Shown here: piece after piece, positions 24,406 through 34,660 of the stretch | How the letters are laid out: the number at the start of each line of letters is the position of its first letter | Position numbering within the stretch: the first letter of the stretch is position 1 | Assembly: GCA_963796455.1 (NCBI GenBank) | Contig: CAWCLO010000006.1 | Coordinates: 64,001-128,000 of the forward strand | DNA length: 64,000 nt | Source of the DNA: Candidatus Sulfomarinibacteraceae bacterium | GTDB taxonomy: Bacteria > Acidobacteriota > Thermoanaerobaculia > Thermoanaerobaculales > Sulfomarinibacteraceae | Direction: 5' to 3' | Translations under genes and position numbers: made by a program | Notes under the pieces: model-generated | The model's database searches: none | The model's input: the letters and a program-made list of their open reading frames with translations, nothing else | Told to the model about the DNA's origin: nothing

Positions 24406-25754
24406 GACCTCACCTCCAGCGGCCCTGCGATCACCCCTTCGAGTCGAGCCCGGGCAATCGCGAGATCGGCGCGCACCCGCTCCGAAGCCGTTCGGATCTG
24501 GAGCAGAACGCGTTCGGCATCCAATAAATCGAGCGACCCGACCGTCCCCGCCGCATAGGCCGACTCCGCCGAGTGCAAGGACTGGCGGGCCTGGATCAGC
24601 AACACATCTTCGTAGAGCTGCAGCTGTTCTTCGAGCAAGGGAATCTTGTGCGAGAGATCACCAAGAGAGCCTTCGATCGCAGCGACGATTTCACGGTGAC
24701 CCTCTTCGGCAGCGAGGCGCTTTTGAACTCCCTCCTCGACGCCGGCCTCCAAAGAGCTCTTCCACAACGGCACCGTCATGCCGCCGCTGATGCCGAATAT
24801 GTCCTGGCCGTTTCCCTCGGGCGGGTTGAGACGGCCGGCCTCGTCGCTCCGCCGACTCACATAACCGTAGTTGAGCCCCACAACGAACTCGGGGCTATAG
24901 GCCCTTTTCGAACGTTCGACCCGCAACCCGGCCGCTTCAGCCGCGGCTCGCGCGGCGGCAACCTCGGGGCGGTTCGCCAGCGCCTGGCCCCGGAGATCGT
25001 TGCCACCTGGTATCGGTGCGTATCGAAAAACGGGCCGCGAGACCAATACAGGGGTGGCGGCGGGCCGGTCGCGGCGCGAGTTGAGCCGGGCGATCAGCGT
25101 GGCTCGACGACTTTGGATCTCGAGGAGACGGCTCTCGGTGCGGGTGATCTCGGCCTGGATTTTGATGACCGCCTGATCGATTCCCACCCCGGAGGCATAA
25201 CGCGCCAACGCCAGCTCCGAATAGTGCTCGAGGGTCGTCCGGTCTTCTCGGACCAGATTCTCTTCGGCATCGAGAAACTGAAGTTCGTGAAAGTCGGCCC
25301 GAGCATCGGTCAGGACCTCGAGTCGAGCCGCCTCGAGCACGGCCCGGCTCGCGGCGGTGTCCCACAAGGCCGCCTGCTCTTCGAGCTTGAGGGTACCGAA
25401 CCACGGCAGCCGTTGCGCAATGTTGATGGCTGTCCGCTGCGGACCCACCCGCGTCTGTGGGGTCAAAAGAAACCAGGTCAGCGACGCCGTCGGATTCGGC
25501 AGAGCTTTAACCTGCGGGGCGCGCTGCTCGACCGCTGTCGCCTCGGCCCGCAGCCGGGCAAGCTTCGGGTTGCGCTCGAGCACCTCCTCGAGCAGCAAAC
25601 GAAGCTTGCCATCGTTGAGCGCCGCAACAATCTCATCGGCGGCGGAAGGTTCGACGAGAGCCTCACCCTCCGCATCCACCGGCAACGCGACCAAACCCGC
25701 ACCGATCACGATGAGAACCAAGCAATATCCTGAAAAAGAATAACTTCCACGCAT
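24402..25754 (-). CDS. cusC: TolC-family outer-membrane channel of the cus operon
   Basis: ERNPKL, LPNP, QRLPWFGTL, YAAG..SLDLLDAER; first structural gene of cusCBA. Confidence 0.85.
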
Positions 25755-25822
25755 TTCTGACTCCTCTGGACGTGGGAAGAAGACACACTTCTCCCGATCC
25801 GCAATTCACGAGGTGAATTGCT

Positions 25823-26239
25823 CTAGGTCAGAAAGACGCAGGCGGCCAGGAAAATTGGCGGGGAGGGCGGCGGAGCAGGCGCTCGCACCGGAGAGCTCGA
25901 TTCAGAGTTCCCATCGAGCATCGTCGCCACTGAGTCGGTCACGGGCTGATCGAGCGAATCCGAATAGGGCGCCGGCGCCGGATCGGCGGCCACGGCGGGC
26001 GGCACCGGTTGACCACAATCGCATGATGAAAGGCTCTTCGAGGGCCTCTCCGGCTCCGGATCGGCCGAATCATCACAACAACCGTGGACCTCGCGCGCGA
26101 CCTCTTCCTGCGCCATCGTTGGGCAGGCCATGCCACGATCGCAGTATCCACACGGACCGGCAACCGGCGCAGCCAGCACCAGACCGGGCACCAGCAAGGC
26201 CACGATCATCACCATCAAGGAGGTCGATAACTTTCTCAT
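25823..26239 (-). CDS. Cys-rich exported small protein with Pro-rich C-terminus upstream of the cus operon (candidate DUF2946/CruR/CutF-like leader)
   Basis: Signal peptide MRKLST...VLA; CGYC, HGCC, CDC; ends RAPAPPPSPPIFLAACVFLT. Confidence 0.72.
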   Translation of the reverse strand: MRKLSTSLMVMIVALLVPGLVLAAPVAGPCGYCDRGMACPTMAQEEVAREVHGCCDDSADPEPERPSKSLSSCDCGQPVPPAVAADPAPAPYSDSLDQPVTDSVATMLDGNSESSSPVRAPAPPPSPPIFLAACVFLT

Positions 26240-26375
26240 CCGCACACTTAAACCGTATACCAAGTTCATTCATTCCGTCAATTACGGTCATCCTGATTGA
26301 ACACCCGATGGATCTGGATGTTAGACTCTCTCCGCGCCCGTCAATTCGGATTTCGATCGTTTCGCGGAGGACTGC

Positions 26376-29300
26376 ATGTTCCGAAAACCCTGGTTCTGGG
26401 CCGTTTTTATCCTGGTATCGCTGCTTTGCACCATCTGGGCCACGGCCAATTTCTCGCGTGCGTTCCCCCTCCTGAGCGTCGATGTGACCATGGATCGGAC
26501 GGCTGCGCTCGAGACCGCTGAACAACTCGCCGCCGAGCGCGGCTGGGGGCCTGAGGATGCGAGCTCCGCCGTGATCTACTCCGCGAACGATCAGGTCCAG
26601 AGCTTTGTCGAACTCGAGGCAGGCGGCAAGGAAGCATACCGCCAGATGCTCAGCGGAGACTTCTACTCCCCCTATACCTGGGTGGTGCGGAGATTTCGCG
26701 AGGGTGAGACCAACGAGACCGTGATTCGATTTCGCCCCGACGGTTCGGCTTACGGATTCCGAGAAAAAATGCCGGAGGATGAACCCGGCGCGACGCTCAC
26801 GACTGAAGAGGCTCGCATCCTCGCCGAAAACGAGGTCGCAATGGGTTGGGACGTGCAACTCGGCGAATTCGAACTCATCGAAGAATCGCAGGAGGTCCGT
26901 CCCGGCGGGCGTACCGATCACACGCTGGTCTATGAGCGGCCGGACCTGAAAATCGGCGAAGGACGCTATCGGCTTCGGCTCGGGGTGAGCGGCGACCGCT
27001 TCACCGAACTCACCCATTTCATCAAGATCCCGGAGGCCTTTTCGCGGCGTTACCAGGAGATGCGCTCGGCGAATGATGCGATCGCAACCGGATCTTCATT
27101 CGCAATCGCAATTCTGTATTTCGCCGGGGGGTGCGTCGCCGGTCTTTTCTTCCTCATGCGCGAGCGGTGGGTGATTTGGAAACCCGCCGTCAAATGGGCC
27201 GTGTTCATCGGCGCCCTCCAGGCGTTGGTCGTTCTCAACCAGTGGCCGTTGCTATGGATGGGCTATGACACCGCCATATCTCAAACGACCTTCGCGCTTC
27301 AGCAGGTCGGGACTGCGCTCGGACTGCTCCTGGGAATGGGGGCGGTTCTGGCCCTTTCGTTCATGGCGGCCGAGAGCCTCAGCCGCCGCGCCTTTCCCCA
27401 CCACGTCCAGTTGTGGCGAACCTGGTCATCCGAGGTCGCACCGACCCGCGCGATCCTCGGCCAGACCATCGCCGGCTATCTCCTGATCGGCATTTTTTTC
27501 GCCTACGAAGTCGGGCTGTATATCTTTTCCGCAAAATATCTCGACTGGTGGACTCCTTCGGGCCAGCTGATCGATCCGAATGTCCTCGCCAACATCTTCC
27601 CGTGGCTCACCTCGGTCGCGATCTCGCTCCAGGCCGGATTCTGGGAAGAGTGCCTCTTCCGCGCCGTGCCGATTGCCGGTGCGGCATTGCTCGGAAAAAA
27701 ATTCGGTAAGGCCTGGTTGTGGATCACGGCGGCCATGATCCTGCAGGCCGTGATCTTCGGCGCCGGGCACGCCAATTACCCAGCCCAACCGGCCTACGCG
27801 CGGCTGCTGGAGTTGATCATTCCGGCTCTCGGGTTCGGCGGCATCTTTCTGATCTTCGGTCTGCTCCCGGCAATCGTTTTCCACTTCGCCTTCGACGTGG
27901 TGTGGTTCGCGATGCCACTCTTCGCCGCCGATACGCCGGGCATCTGGGTCGATCGCGGCCTCGTCATCGTGCTGACCCTGGTTCCGCTTTGGGTCGTTCT
28001 CAGAGCCCGACGGAGCGCCTCAGCCTGGGGAGAAGTGGCCCCAGAAGACTACAATTCAGGATGGCAACCACCACCTGCGGTCGAAACGGAGGCGCCTGCT
28101 AAAACCGTTGTCACAGCTGGCCTGACCGTTCAGAATCGGAGGATATTGGCCGCAGTCGGAGTCGCGGGCCTTTTGCTCTGGGCGTTGACCATCGGATTCA
28201 CGACCGAAGCTCCCAAGCTGGAAACCGGTGATCGGGAAGCTCGGGAGGCCGCGCGGCAGACGCTGGCGCACGCCGGGTTCGAGCCCGACGCGACCTGGCG
28301 GGAGTTGAGCACGGCGCAAGCGCCTCTCGGTCTCGCCGACCGATTCGTGTGGACCGAGGGCGGCCCCGAGGTCTATCGCGACCTCATGGGACGCTATCTC
28401 CCGACACCCCGTCGCATGGTGCGATACGCCCGTTTCGATGGCGACGTCGCAGAGCGTGCAGAGGAGTACGTGGTCTATGTGGCTCCCGACGGAAGCGTGC
28501 ACCGATCGGTCCACAGGATCCCCGAGGCGAGGCCGGGTGCTGCTCTCGAAGAGAACGACGCCAGGACCATCGCCCTCGAAACCGTGGCCTCGATCTACGA
28601 TCTGAGCGGCGCAGATATCGAGGAGGTTTCGGCCGACTCCTCGCAGCTTCCCGAGCGCAGAGATTGGTCCTTCGTTTTCAAAGACACGATGGACTTCCCG
28701 ATGGCGACCGGCGAAGCACGAATCGAGGTTGAGATCGCGGGCGACGAGGTGGTCGCTTACGGACGGTTCATTCACATTCCCGAGGAGTGGGAACGAGCCC
28801 ACCGCAAGCGCCAAAGCATCTCTCAGGTCGTGCAGATCGGATGCGTCGTTCTCCTGGTTCTGATCTACCTCGCCGGGGCTGTGATGGCGATCGTCCGGTG
28901 GAGCCGCCGGCAGTTTGCAACCGCCACCTTCGCAATTTTCTGCGGGCTGATGGCGATTGTCGGCGCCATTCAGATCGGTAACGGCTTTCGCTCGGGCTCG
29001 GCGCAATTCAACACCGCGATCTCCTTCGAGATCCAGACGATGACCGTCCTGATCGGCGGTGTGATCGCCACCACCGCCATTGCATCGGTGGTGGCACTCC
29101 TGATCGGCCTCGCGCACCGATGGTTGCCGCAGCAGGAGACCACCGACAATCGTTCGAGTCTTGCCGCCGGCTTCGGTGTCGGCGCCATTCTGGCCGCTGT
29201 CGGTGCCATCGGTCTCATGCTGACACCTGCGACGATGCCGACGTGGCCGAATTTCAACGGCGCATCGGCAACAGTTCCAATTATCGACGTGGCGTTCAGC

Positions 29301-29732
29301 GCCCTCAGTTCATGGATCACCAGCACGGCACTCTTTCTGTTCTTGATGGCCGCCGCCCATGTTCTCAGCGACGGCTGGAGGCGACGGAGGGGCCCGGTTT
29401 CGGCGGGGTTGATCCTGTTCGGATTGGTTTTGGCCGGGAGTGGCGGCGTCGATTCCATCGGTATGTGGCTGCTGGAGGGCTTTCTGACCGGTCTGGTCCT
29501 GTTGGCCATCTGGTGGTTCGTGGCGCGGTATCAGCCGGCCCTTGTTCCGCTCATCACCGCGTCCGGCGCCGTACTTGCCACCGTTCGGAACGCGGTTGTG
29601 GGGGCCTTTCCGGGCGCGGCCGCCGGTTCCATGATCGGCGGCGTCTTGGTGATATTCTGCGCCATCTGGTGGTTTCAGAGAATCGGTTCCGATACGAAAG
29701 TGACGACGGATACGAACGGGGAGGCAATCTGA
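26376..29732 (+). CDS. Large CPBP (Abi/CAAX)-family intramembrane metalloprotease with an internally duplicated module
   Basis: WEECLFR (EExxxR), FGAGH (FxxxH) and FHFAFD (HxxxD) motifs; two homologous extracytoplasmic regions. Confidence 0.85.
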   Translation: MFRKPWFWAVFILVSLLCTIWATANFSRAFPLLSVDVTMDRTAALETAEQLAAERGWGPEDASSAVIYSANDQVQSFVELEAGGKEAYRQMLSGDFYSPYTWVVRRFREGETNETVIRFRPDGSAYGFREKMPEDEPGATLTTEEARILAENEVAMGWDVQLGEFELIEESQEVRPGGRTDHTLVYERPDLKIGEGRYRLRLGVSGDRFTELTHFIKIPEAFSRRYQEMRSANDAIATGSSFAIAILYFAGGCVAGLFFLMRERWVIWKPAVKWAVFIGALQALVVLNQWPLLWMGYDTAISQTTFALQQVGTALGLLLGMGAVLALSFMAAESLSRRAFPHHVQLWRTWSSEVAPTRAILGQTIAGYLLIGIFFAYEVGLYIFSAKYLDWWTPSGQLIDPNVLANIFPWLTSVAISLQAGFWEECLFRAVPIAGAALLGKKFGKAWLWITAAMILQAVIFGAGHANYPAQPAYARLLELIIPALGFGGIFLIFGLLPAIVFHFAFDVVWFAMPLFAADTPGIWVDRGLVIVLTLVPLWVVLRARRSASAWGEVAPEDYNSGWQPPPAVETEAPAKTVVTAGLTVQNRRILAAVGVAGLLLWALTIGFTTEAPKLETGDREAREAARQTLAHAGFEPDATWRELSTAQAPLGLADRFVWTEGGPEVYRDLMGRYLPTPRRMVRYARFDGDVAERAEEYVVYVAPDGSVHRSVHRIPEARPGAALEENDARTIALETVASIYDLSGADIEEVSADSSQLPERRDWSFVFKDTMDFPMATGEARIEVEIAGDEVVAYGRFIHIPEEWERAHRKRQSISQVVQIGCVVLLVLIYLAGAVMAIVRWSRRQFATATFAIFCGLMAIVGAIQIGNGFRSGSAQFNTAISFEIQTMTVLIGGVIATTAIASVVALLIGLAHRWLPQQETTDNRSSLAAGFGVGAILAAVGAIGLMLTPATMPTWPNFNGASATVPIIDVAFSALSSWITSTALFLFLMAAAHVLSDGWRRRRGPVSAGLILFGLVLAGSGGVDSIGMWLLEGFLTGLVLLAIWWFVARYQPALVPLITASGAVLATVRNAVVGAFPGAAAGSMIGGVLVIFCAIWWFQRIGSDTKVTTDTNGEAI

Positions 29733-29734
29733 TC

Positions 29735-29917
29735 ATGGGTCGTTCTTCGGTGGTTCTGCTTGTGGCGGGAGTGTTGGTTTTTCTTCTGTTCCTCACAGCC
29801 GATTCCCTCGGTATCGGGGAAGGCACCGGGATCGGCTGGAAGCAGATTACCGGCGCAGTCATCGGGGTGCTGATGGCTGCTGTCGGGATGTACCGGCTCA
29901 AACAGAACAGAGGATGA
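29735..29917 (+). CDS. Small two-TM membrane protein (60 aa)
   Basis: MGRSSVVLLV...ADSLGIGEGTGIGWKQITGAVIG; ATG 2 nt after the upstream stop with GGAGG in range. Confidence 0.7.
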   Translation: MGRSSVVLLVAGVLVFLLFLTADSLGIGEGTGIGWKQITGAVIGVLMAAVGMYRLKQNRG

Positions 29918-29960
29918 GACCGCCATTGACCGAATTAACGGTATATGCCAAAATAGCTAT

Positions 29961-30371
29961 ATGGAGAAATTAGTGACCACCTCAGAAAAAAACAAATGCG
30001 GACGGTGCGCGGCCCTCGAAAACGTCATCAGCGACGACGGGTCCATTCCGGCATGGGTCGTGGAGTGTTTGAGCCGGCTCTTCTCCTCCATATCCGATCA
30101 CACCAGAATCCGAATCATCCACGCGCTGGTGGAAAACGAGCGCCTCAATGTCAGCGATCTGGCGGAGGCCTCGGGGCTGTCGATCTCCGCGATCTCTCAC
30201 CAGCTGCGAATGCTCCGTGATCGCGGCATGGTCTCGGCAGAGCGAGAGGGCCGGATGGTCTTCTACAGCCTCGCCGATGATCACCTCCGATCGATCTTCT
30301 GCACCGGTGTTCAGCACGCCTACGAGGATTGCACCAACAATCTCCGCCGCGAGGCCGAACGCGAGAGCTGA
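29961..30371 (+). CDS. ArsR/SmtB-family metal-sensing repressor
   Basis: DHTRIRII, VSDLA...SISAISHQLRMLR, REGRMVFYSLADDH; alpha5-type DDH..H.E ligands and N-terminal CxxC. Confidence 0.9.
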   Translation: MEKLVTTSEKNKCGRCAALENVISDDGSIPAWVVECLSRLFSSISDHTRIRIIHALVENERLNVSDLAEASGLSISAISHQLRMLRDRGMVSAEREGRMVFYSLADDHLRSIFCTGVQHAYEDCTNNLRREAERES

Positions 30372-30507
30372 TCCTCCCGAGGTGGAAGGCGCCGACTCGC
30401 TTCAGCACCATAAAAACGCCACGCCGCAAAGACATTTCGAGACCAATCCAAGATTTTTTCTTTGCGGGCCAGGCTTCTATGAGTTTCCTACATTTCCGAG
30501 CTCAGCC

Positions 30508-31146
30508 TCATTCGAACAATTCCGCTACGACTCCAGCCTCTCGGCACAGGGAATCGAGTGCCGAACCCGCCTCATCCGTCGAGATTTCGTCCCGCGGGAG
30601 GTAGGCCACCAACCACGCACGCGTCGTATCGGGTGAGACCTTGACCCGGACACCACCGGTGATCGGGGTATCCACCGGGCCCAGATCATCGACAAGCAGG
30701 GGTTTGCCATCGAGGTTGAACGGCCCCCGCAAAGATTCGTAGCTCTCACCCGGCCGGCCCGAACGGAAGACGAACGACCTTCCGAGAGTACCTTCAGCCA
30801 TCACGCAGCAGGGTGCCGCGAGTTCGGCGGACAAACAGTTGTTGACATCAACCAGCGGGTGGATGCCCGGAAGCTCCGAGCCCTTGACCAGTCGCCTCAA
30901 TAGCGCTTCTGAAGCCGGTCGATAACGTGTGGGGTCGCATCCCGCCGCTCGGAAAAGTTTGCGCATCTCCGCCACAGGTGGGTGTGAAGCGATCGCCGCT
31001 GGATCTGCGAAGCGTTCGCGAACCTGAGCGGTCACTCGAATTCTCAAATCAGAAAGGTCATCATGCTCTTCGCGACATTCAACAAATGCCCAGAAGAGGC
31101 TCCAACCTTCGAGATCGACCGTCAGTTCGAATGGAATCCCCTGCAT
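30508..31146 (-). CDS. Stand-alone B3/B4 (PheT-like) domain protein
   Basis: GCDPTRYRPASEALLRR, IHPLVDVNN, DDLGP. Confidence 0.85.
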   Translation of the reverse strand: MQGIPFELTVDLEGWSLFWAFVECREEHDDLSDLRIRVTAQVRERFADPAAIASHPPVAEMRKLFRAAGCDPTRYRPASEALLRRLVKGSELPGIHPLVDVNNCLSAELAAPCCVMAEGTLGRSFVFRSGRPGESYESLRGPFNLDGKPLLVDDLGPVDTPITGGVRVKVSPDTTRAWLVAYLPRDEISTDEAGSALDSLCREAGVVAELFE

Positions 31147-31172
31147 GGGAATACCCTACCCGATCAGTGCTC

Positions 31173-32897
31173 TCAAGGTCGAATCTTGACCGTGCGCAGC
31201 AACCGGGTTGAGACAATGAGTGCCGCCCCATAGGCAGTCAATGCAATCACCAATACGAGCGTGCGGCCCGAAGAGAGGTCGGTGGCGATCATCCGCAAAC
31301 CGGTGGCGAGGAGGAAAGGATAGACCAGCCAGCCGGCCTCTGCGATCCCCCACCGAGTGCCCAGTAAAGCGAAAGAAACGGTGATTCCTGACAAAGCGAC
31401 GGTCTCAGCGACCATCGCAATCTCGCCTGGCATGAGCGCACCGATGGCAAAGGAAATCGCTGAAGAAAGGACCATGCCCGACATCAACAACATTCCCGTC
31501 AGAGGCAAGCACTGCGCCCAACCGGAAGACCGCAGTCTCCTCCCGACCAGGACGACTACGGTCGTCACGACGGTCAGAAAGGCCACCAGAGTCGTTGCAA
31601 GCGGTAGCCCCCAACCCAACTCGCCTCCTCCTCCGAATCTGGCTGCCACCTGGTCGGCGAGACCGCTGACGACCCAGGCCGCAATGAGCAGGAGAAGAGC
31701 ATGAACACGCAGAGTGACGCGATCCCACCGACTGCCCACGGCAGCGACCACGACCGCAACGATTGACCAGACCAGGGCGCTCGCGACACCGATGACACCC
31801 GGCAATCCAATCAGAACGAGACCGAGCCCCAGCGACGAGAGGTAGAGAAATGCCCGGTTTCTGCCCTGCCGTCGATCCACGACTCCAAAAGCACCGAAGT
31901 AGGCTGCAAGCCCAACACCGACAGCGACAACGGAAATCGCCCCGATCCCCCAGTTCTGGGCCTTGGCCAACTGCACGGCGCCGCCCCAACCGACCAGCCA
32001 GACCAGCGCGGTCTGCACGAAGTCGAAGATCGTCAGCGGCCGTTTCCCACGTAGTGCTTTGATCACCACCATTCCGACAAAGCCAACCGCGAGGGAAGCC
32101 TGCACTATCGCAACAAATGAGGGATGGAGCGGCCCAAAGGTCTCGGCTCGCGTGTTTGTCGCGGTTGCGATCGCGGTCAGGCGAAGCACCGCAAGGTCCG
32201 CCGCAAGAGCCGTCACGATCTTCAGAAAGCCCCAGCCGCGCTCTTCGGCCAACCAGAAAACCGCGAGACCGAGTAGGACAATGAATGCGGTCGCAAGCTC
32301 ACCGGGGGGACGCATGGTCGCGAGAGCCGCTGAGGTCACCACCCCCCCGACAGAAAAGACCCACGCCGTCGACTGAAACCGCCAACGGGTTGCAACCAAT
32401 AGCCCACAACCGGTCATTACGGCAAGAGTCACCAGACTCGTAGCCGGTGATATGACATCGAAGGTAGTTGAAGCTTCGAGCAGCAACGGACCGACGATCA
32501 ACGCCGAACATACCGCATAGAATCCCGCACTGGCCCGCGCCCCCCTGCTCGCCGCCATCGCCGAGGCGATGACCCAGACGGCTGCATAAACCACACCGGC
32601 CGCCACACCGGCCATTGGCGCAAAGGTGCCGTTCTCGGTCAAGGCGCGAAGCAGAAAGGCGCCGGCAAGCACCAACATACTGCGGCCCACGAGGGCCAGC
32701 GAGCCCATGATCGCCGTCACCGGACCGTGGATATCCGAGGCCAGATTCACATCCGAACCGGTCTCCGGGCGCTCGAGCGGCAGTTCAGGATTGTCCGCCT
32801 CGGCGACCTCGAGATTCCCGATCCGGTCTTCCATCCGAGCGACGGTGGCTTCGATTGCCGCGACAGCCGACTCCAGGCTCTTCAGCCGCTCATCCAT
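31173..32897 (-). CDS. Polytopic membrane protein with N-terminal coiled coil (DUF2339-like)
   Basis: 574-aa ORF with AGGAGG RBS and many TM segments; divergent from the cytochrome operon. Confidence 0.7.
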   Translation of the reverse strand: MDERLKSLESAVAAIEATVARMEDRIGNLEVAEADNPELPLERPETGSDVNLASDIHGPVTAIMGSLALVGRSMLVLAGAFLLRALTENGTFAPMAGVAAGVVYAAVWVIASAMAASRGARASAGFYAVCSALIVGPLLLEASTTFDVISPATSLVTLAVMTGCGLLVATRWRFQSTAWVFSVGGVVTSAALATMRPPGELATAFIVLLGLAVFWLAEERGWGFLKIVTALAADLAVLRLTAIATATNTRAETFGPLHPSFVAIVQASLAVGFVGMVVIKALRGKRPLTIFDFVQTALVWLVGWGGAVQLAKAQNWGIGAISVVAVGVGLAAYFGAFGVVDRRQGRNRAFLYLSSLGLGLVLIGLPGVIGVASALVWSIVAVVVAAVGSRWDRVTLRVHALLLLIAAWVVSGLADQVAARFGGGGELGWGLPLATTLVAFLTVVTTVVVLVGRRLRSSGWAQCLPLTGMLLMSGMVLSSAISFAIGALMPGEIAMVAETVALSGITVSFALLGTRWGIAEAGWLVYPFLLATGLRMIATDLSSGRTLVLVIALTAYGAALIVSTRLLRTVKIRP

Positions 32898-33011
32898 GGG
32901 CTCCTCCTGAGACAGAGTCTTTAGATCAATTATCCAAGTTGAAACTCTTCGCTCAGAAAGATACCATGATTGCGCTAATGATCAATTGTCCATACTTTCG
33001 ATTGGTTGAAT

Positions 33012-33374
33012 ATGAACAGCACTGATCGTCATGCCGGTTGGCGCACGTTGTTCAGACGTCTGGTGACCGTTGCGAAGTGGCTCGTGCGAAGCGATGAACT
33101 GCCGACTCGAGAGCCGGTCTCGGGCTCCCACCGATCTCTCAGAGACACGACCCATTGGCTGAGCGCTTCGGATCAATTGCTTCGGCAACCCAGACCGAAG
33201 AAGGAGCGTTCGCAGTTCATTTCGTGGTTGATTTCGTCCGAACCATTGCCGAGTACCGGAGTAAGCAAGAGGACCGAACCGGGATCGATTCTCGCGTGGC
33301 TCGCAAAAACAGAAAAAATCCCCACGCTGGCAGACGAATCATCTATCAAGGAGGCGTCATTCGATGAAACCTGA
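33012..33374 (+). CDS. Hypothetical protein with four WL-xxx-[DE]-x-[LI] repeats
   Basis: KWLVRSDELP, HWLSASDQLL, SWLISSEPLP, AWLAKTEKIP; overlaps the cytochrome start. Confidence 0.6.
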   Translation: MNSTDRHAGWRTLFRRLVTVAKWLVRSDELPTREPVSGSHRSLRDTTHWLSASDQLLRQPRPKKERSQFISWLISSEPLPSTGVSKRTEPGSILAWLAKTEKIPTLADESSIKEASFDET

Positions 33375-33855
33375 GAGCCCCCTCATCCACGCCAAACACG
33401 TATTTCGTGCGGCAATTCTCCTCATGGCCGTGATCGTCACCCTGGTATTGAGCAGGTCGCTTTTTGTCCCCGACACCTGGGGCGAATACGGCTGGTATCG
33501 AGGTGCCGCAGTCGATGATCACCGGGCGAAAACAGTTCGGCACCTCGGCGATGAAACCTGCGCCATGTGTCACGACGTGGAGTCTGCGGAACATGCTGAG
33601 GGCGTCCATCAGGCGGTGAAGTGTGAACTCTGCCACGGCCCGGCGACCCTCCACGTCAATCTCGATGAGGGTGAAAAGATCGCGGAAATGCCGCTCCGCC
33701 GAACCCGCGAGTTGTGCGAACTCTGCCACCGCGAGCTTGCTGCCCGCCCGGAGGGATTCCCACAGATCGACGTTCGAGAACATTTGACTGAAAACGGCGG
33801 TGAACTCACAACCGATGCCTGTTTCGACTGCCACAATCCGCACTCGCCGTTTTGA
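33364..33855 (+). CDS. Membrane-anchored tetraheme c-type cytochrome
   Basis: Four CxxCH motifs (CAMCH, CELCH, CELCH, CFDCH); N-terminal TM; AGGAGG RBS. Confidence 0.9.
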   Translation: MKPESPLIHAKHVFRAAILLMAVIVTLVLSRSLFVPDTWGEYGWYRGAAVDDHRAKTVRHLGDETCAMCHDVESAEHAEGVHQAVKCELCHGPATLHVNLDEGEKIAEMPLRRTRELCELCHRELAARPEGFPQIDVREHLTENGGELTTDACFDCHNPHSPF

Positions 33856-33872
33856 GCGATAGGGAGAATCAC

Positions 33873-34660
33873 ATGGCCGAAAAAAGCTGACCGTATCCCT
33901 GATGGCCGCACGGAGCTCTCGCGTCGCGAGTTTTTGCATCGCTCAACAACTGCTGCGGCTGGAGCTTTTGCCATCGTGCTGATCCTCCCCGAGGGCTCCG
34001 CAGAAGGAGAAGATGGTGCCGACTACGACTGGAACCGGCACCGGTGGGTCTATCTCGTCGACACAACCAAGTGTATCGGCTGCGGCTCTTGCGTCCGCGC
34101 GTGCCGCGGCGGAGAACTCGGTGCCCGATGGCATGTACCGCACGTGGATCGAGCGCTACGAGATCCCGGCTGAGGGTGAGGCCGTTGTCGATTCGCCAAA
34201 CGGCGGCGAGCACGGATTCGACCCAATACCGAGTGGCATGCACGTTCGCAAGGCGTTCTTCGTGCCCAAGATCTGCAACCACTGCCGCGCAACCCCGTGC
34301 ACCCAGGTGTGTCCGGTCGGAGCGTCTTTCAGCACCCGCGACGGGGTCGTTCTCGTCGACAGCGAACACTGCATCGGTTGTGGCTATTGCGTCCAGGCCT
34401 GTCCCTACGGAAGCAGGTATATCAACCCCACCACCCACACCGCCGATAAATGCACTCTCTGTTACCACCGCATCACCAGGGGACACAAGACCGCCTGCGT
34501 GGAAATCTGTCCCGTCGGGGCTCGACAATTGGGAGACCGACTCGATCCCTACGACCCGGTCAACGAGATCCTGGCCACACGGCGCGTCCAGGTCCTGCAA
34601 CCCGAGTTGCTCACCCGCCCGCAGTGCTACTACCTCGGCCTCGACATGGAGGTGCGCTGA
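33873..34660 (+). pseudogene. NrfC/DsrO-like Tat-exported 4x[4Fe-4S] protein interrupted by two +1 frameshifts (real, or assembly error)
   Basis: ATG at 33873 hits a stop after an A6 run. Removing one A gives MAEKADR...SRREFL (Tat)...CIGCGSCVRAC. Removing one G near 34108 joins this to AENSVP...CNHC...CPV...CIGCGYCVQACPY...KCTLC. Confidence 0.8.

Noticed and set aside
32900..33010. FNR/CRP site in the AT-rich divergent promoter of the cytochrome operon
   Set aside because: Only half-sites (ATCAA) are present, with no properly spaced TTGAT-N4-ATCAA.
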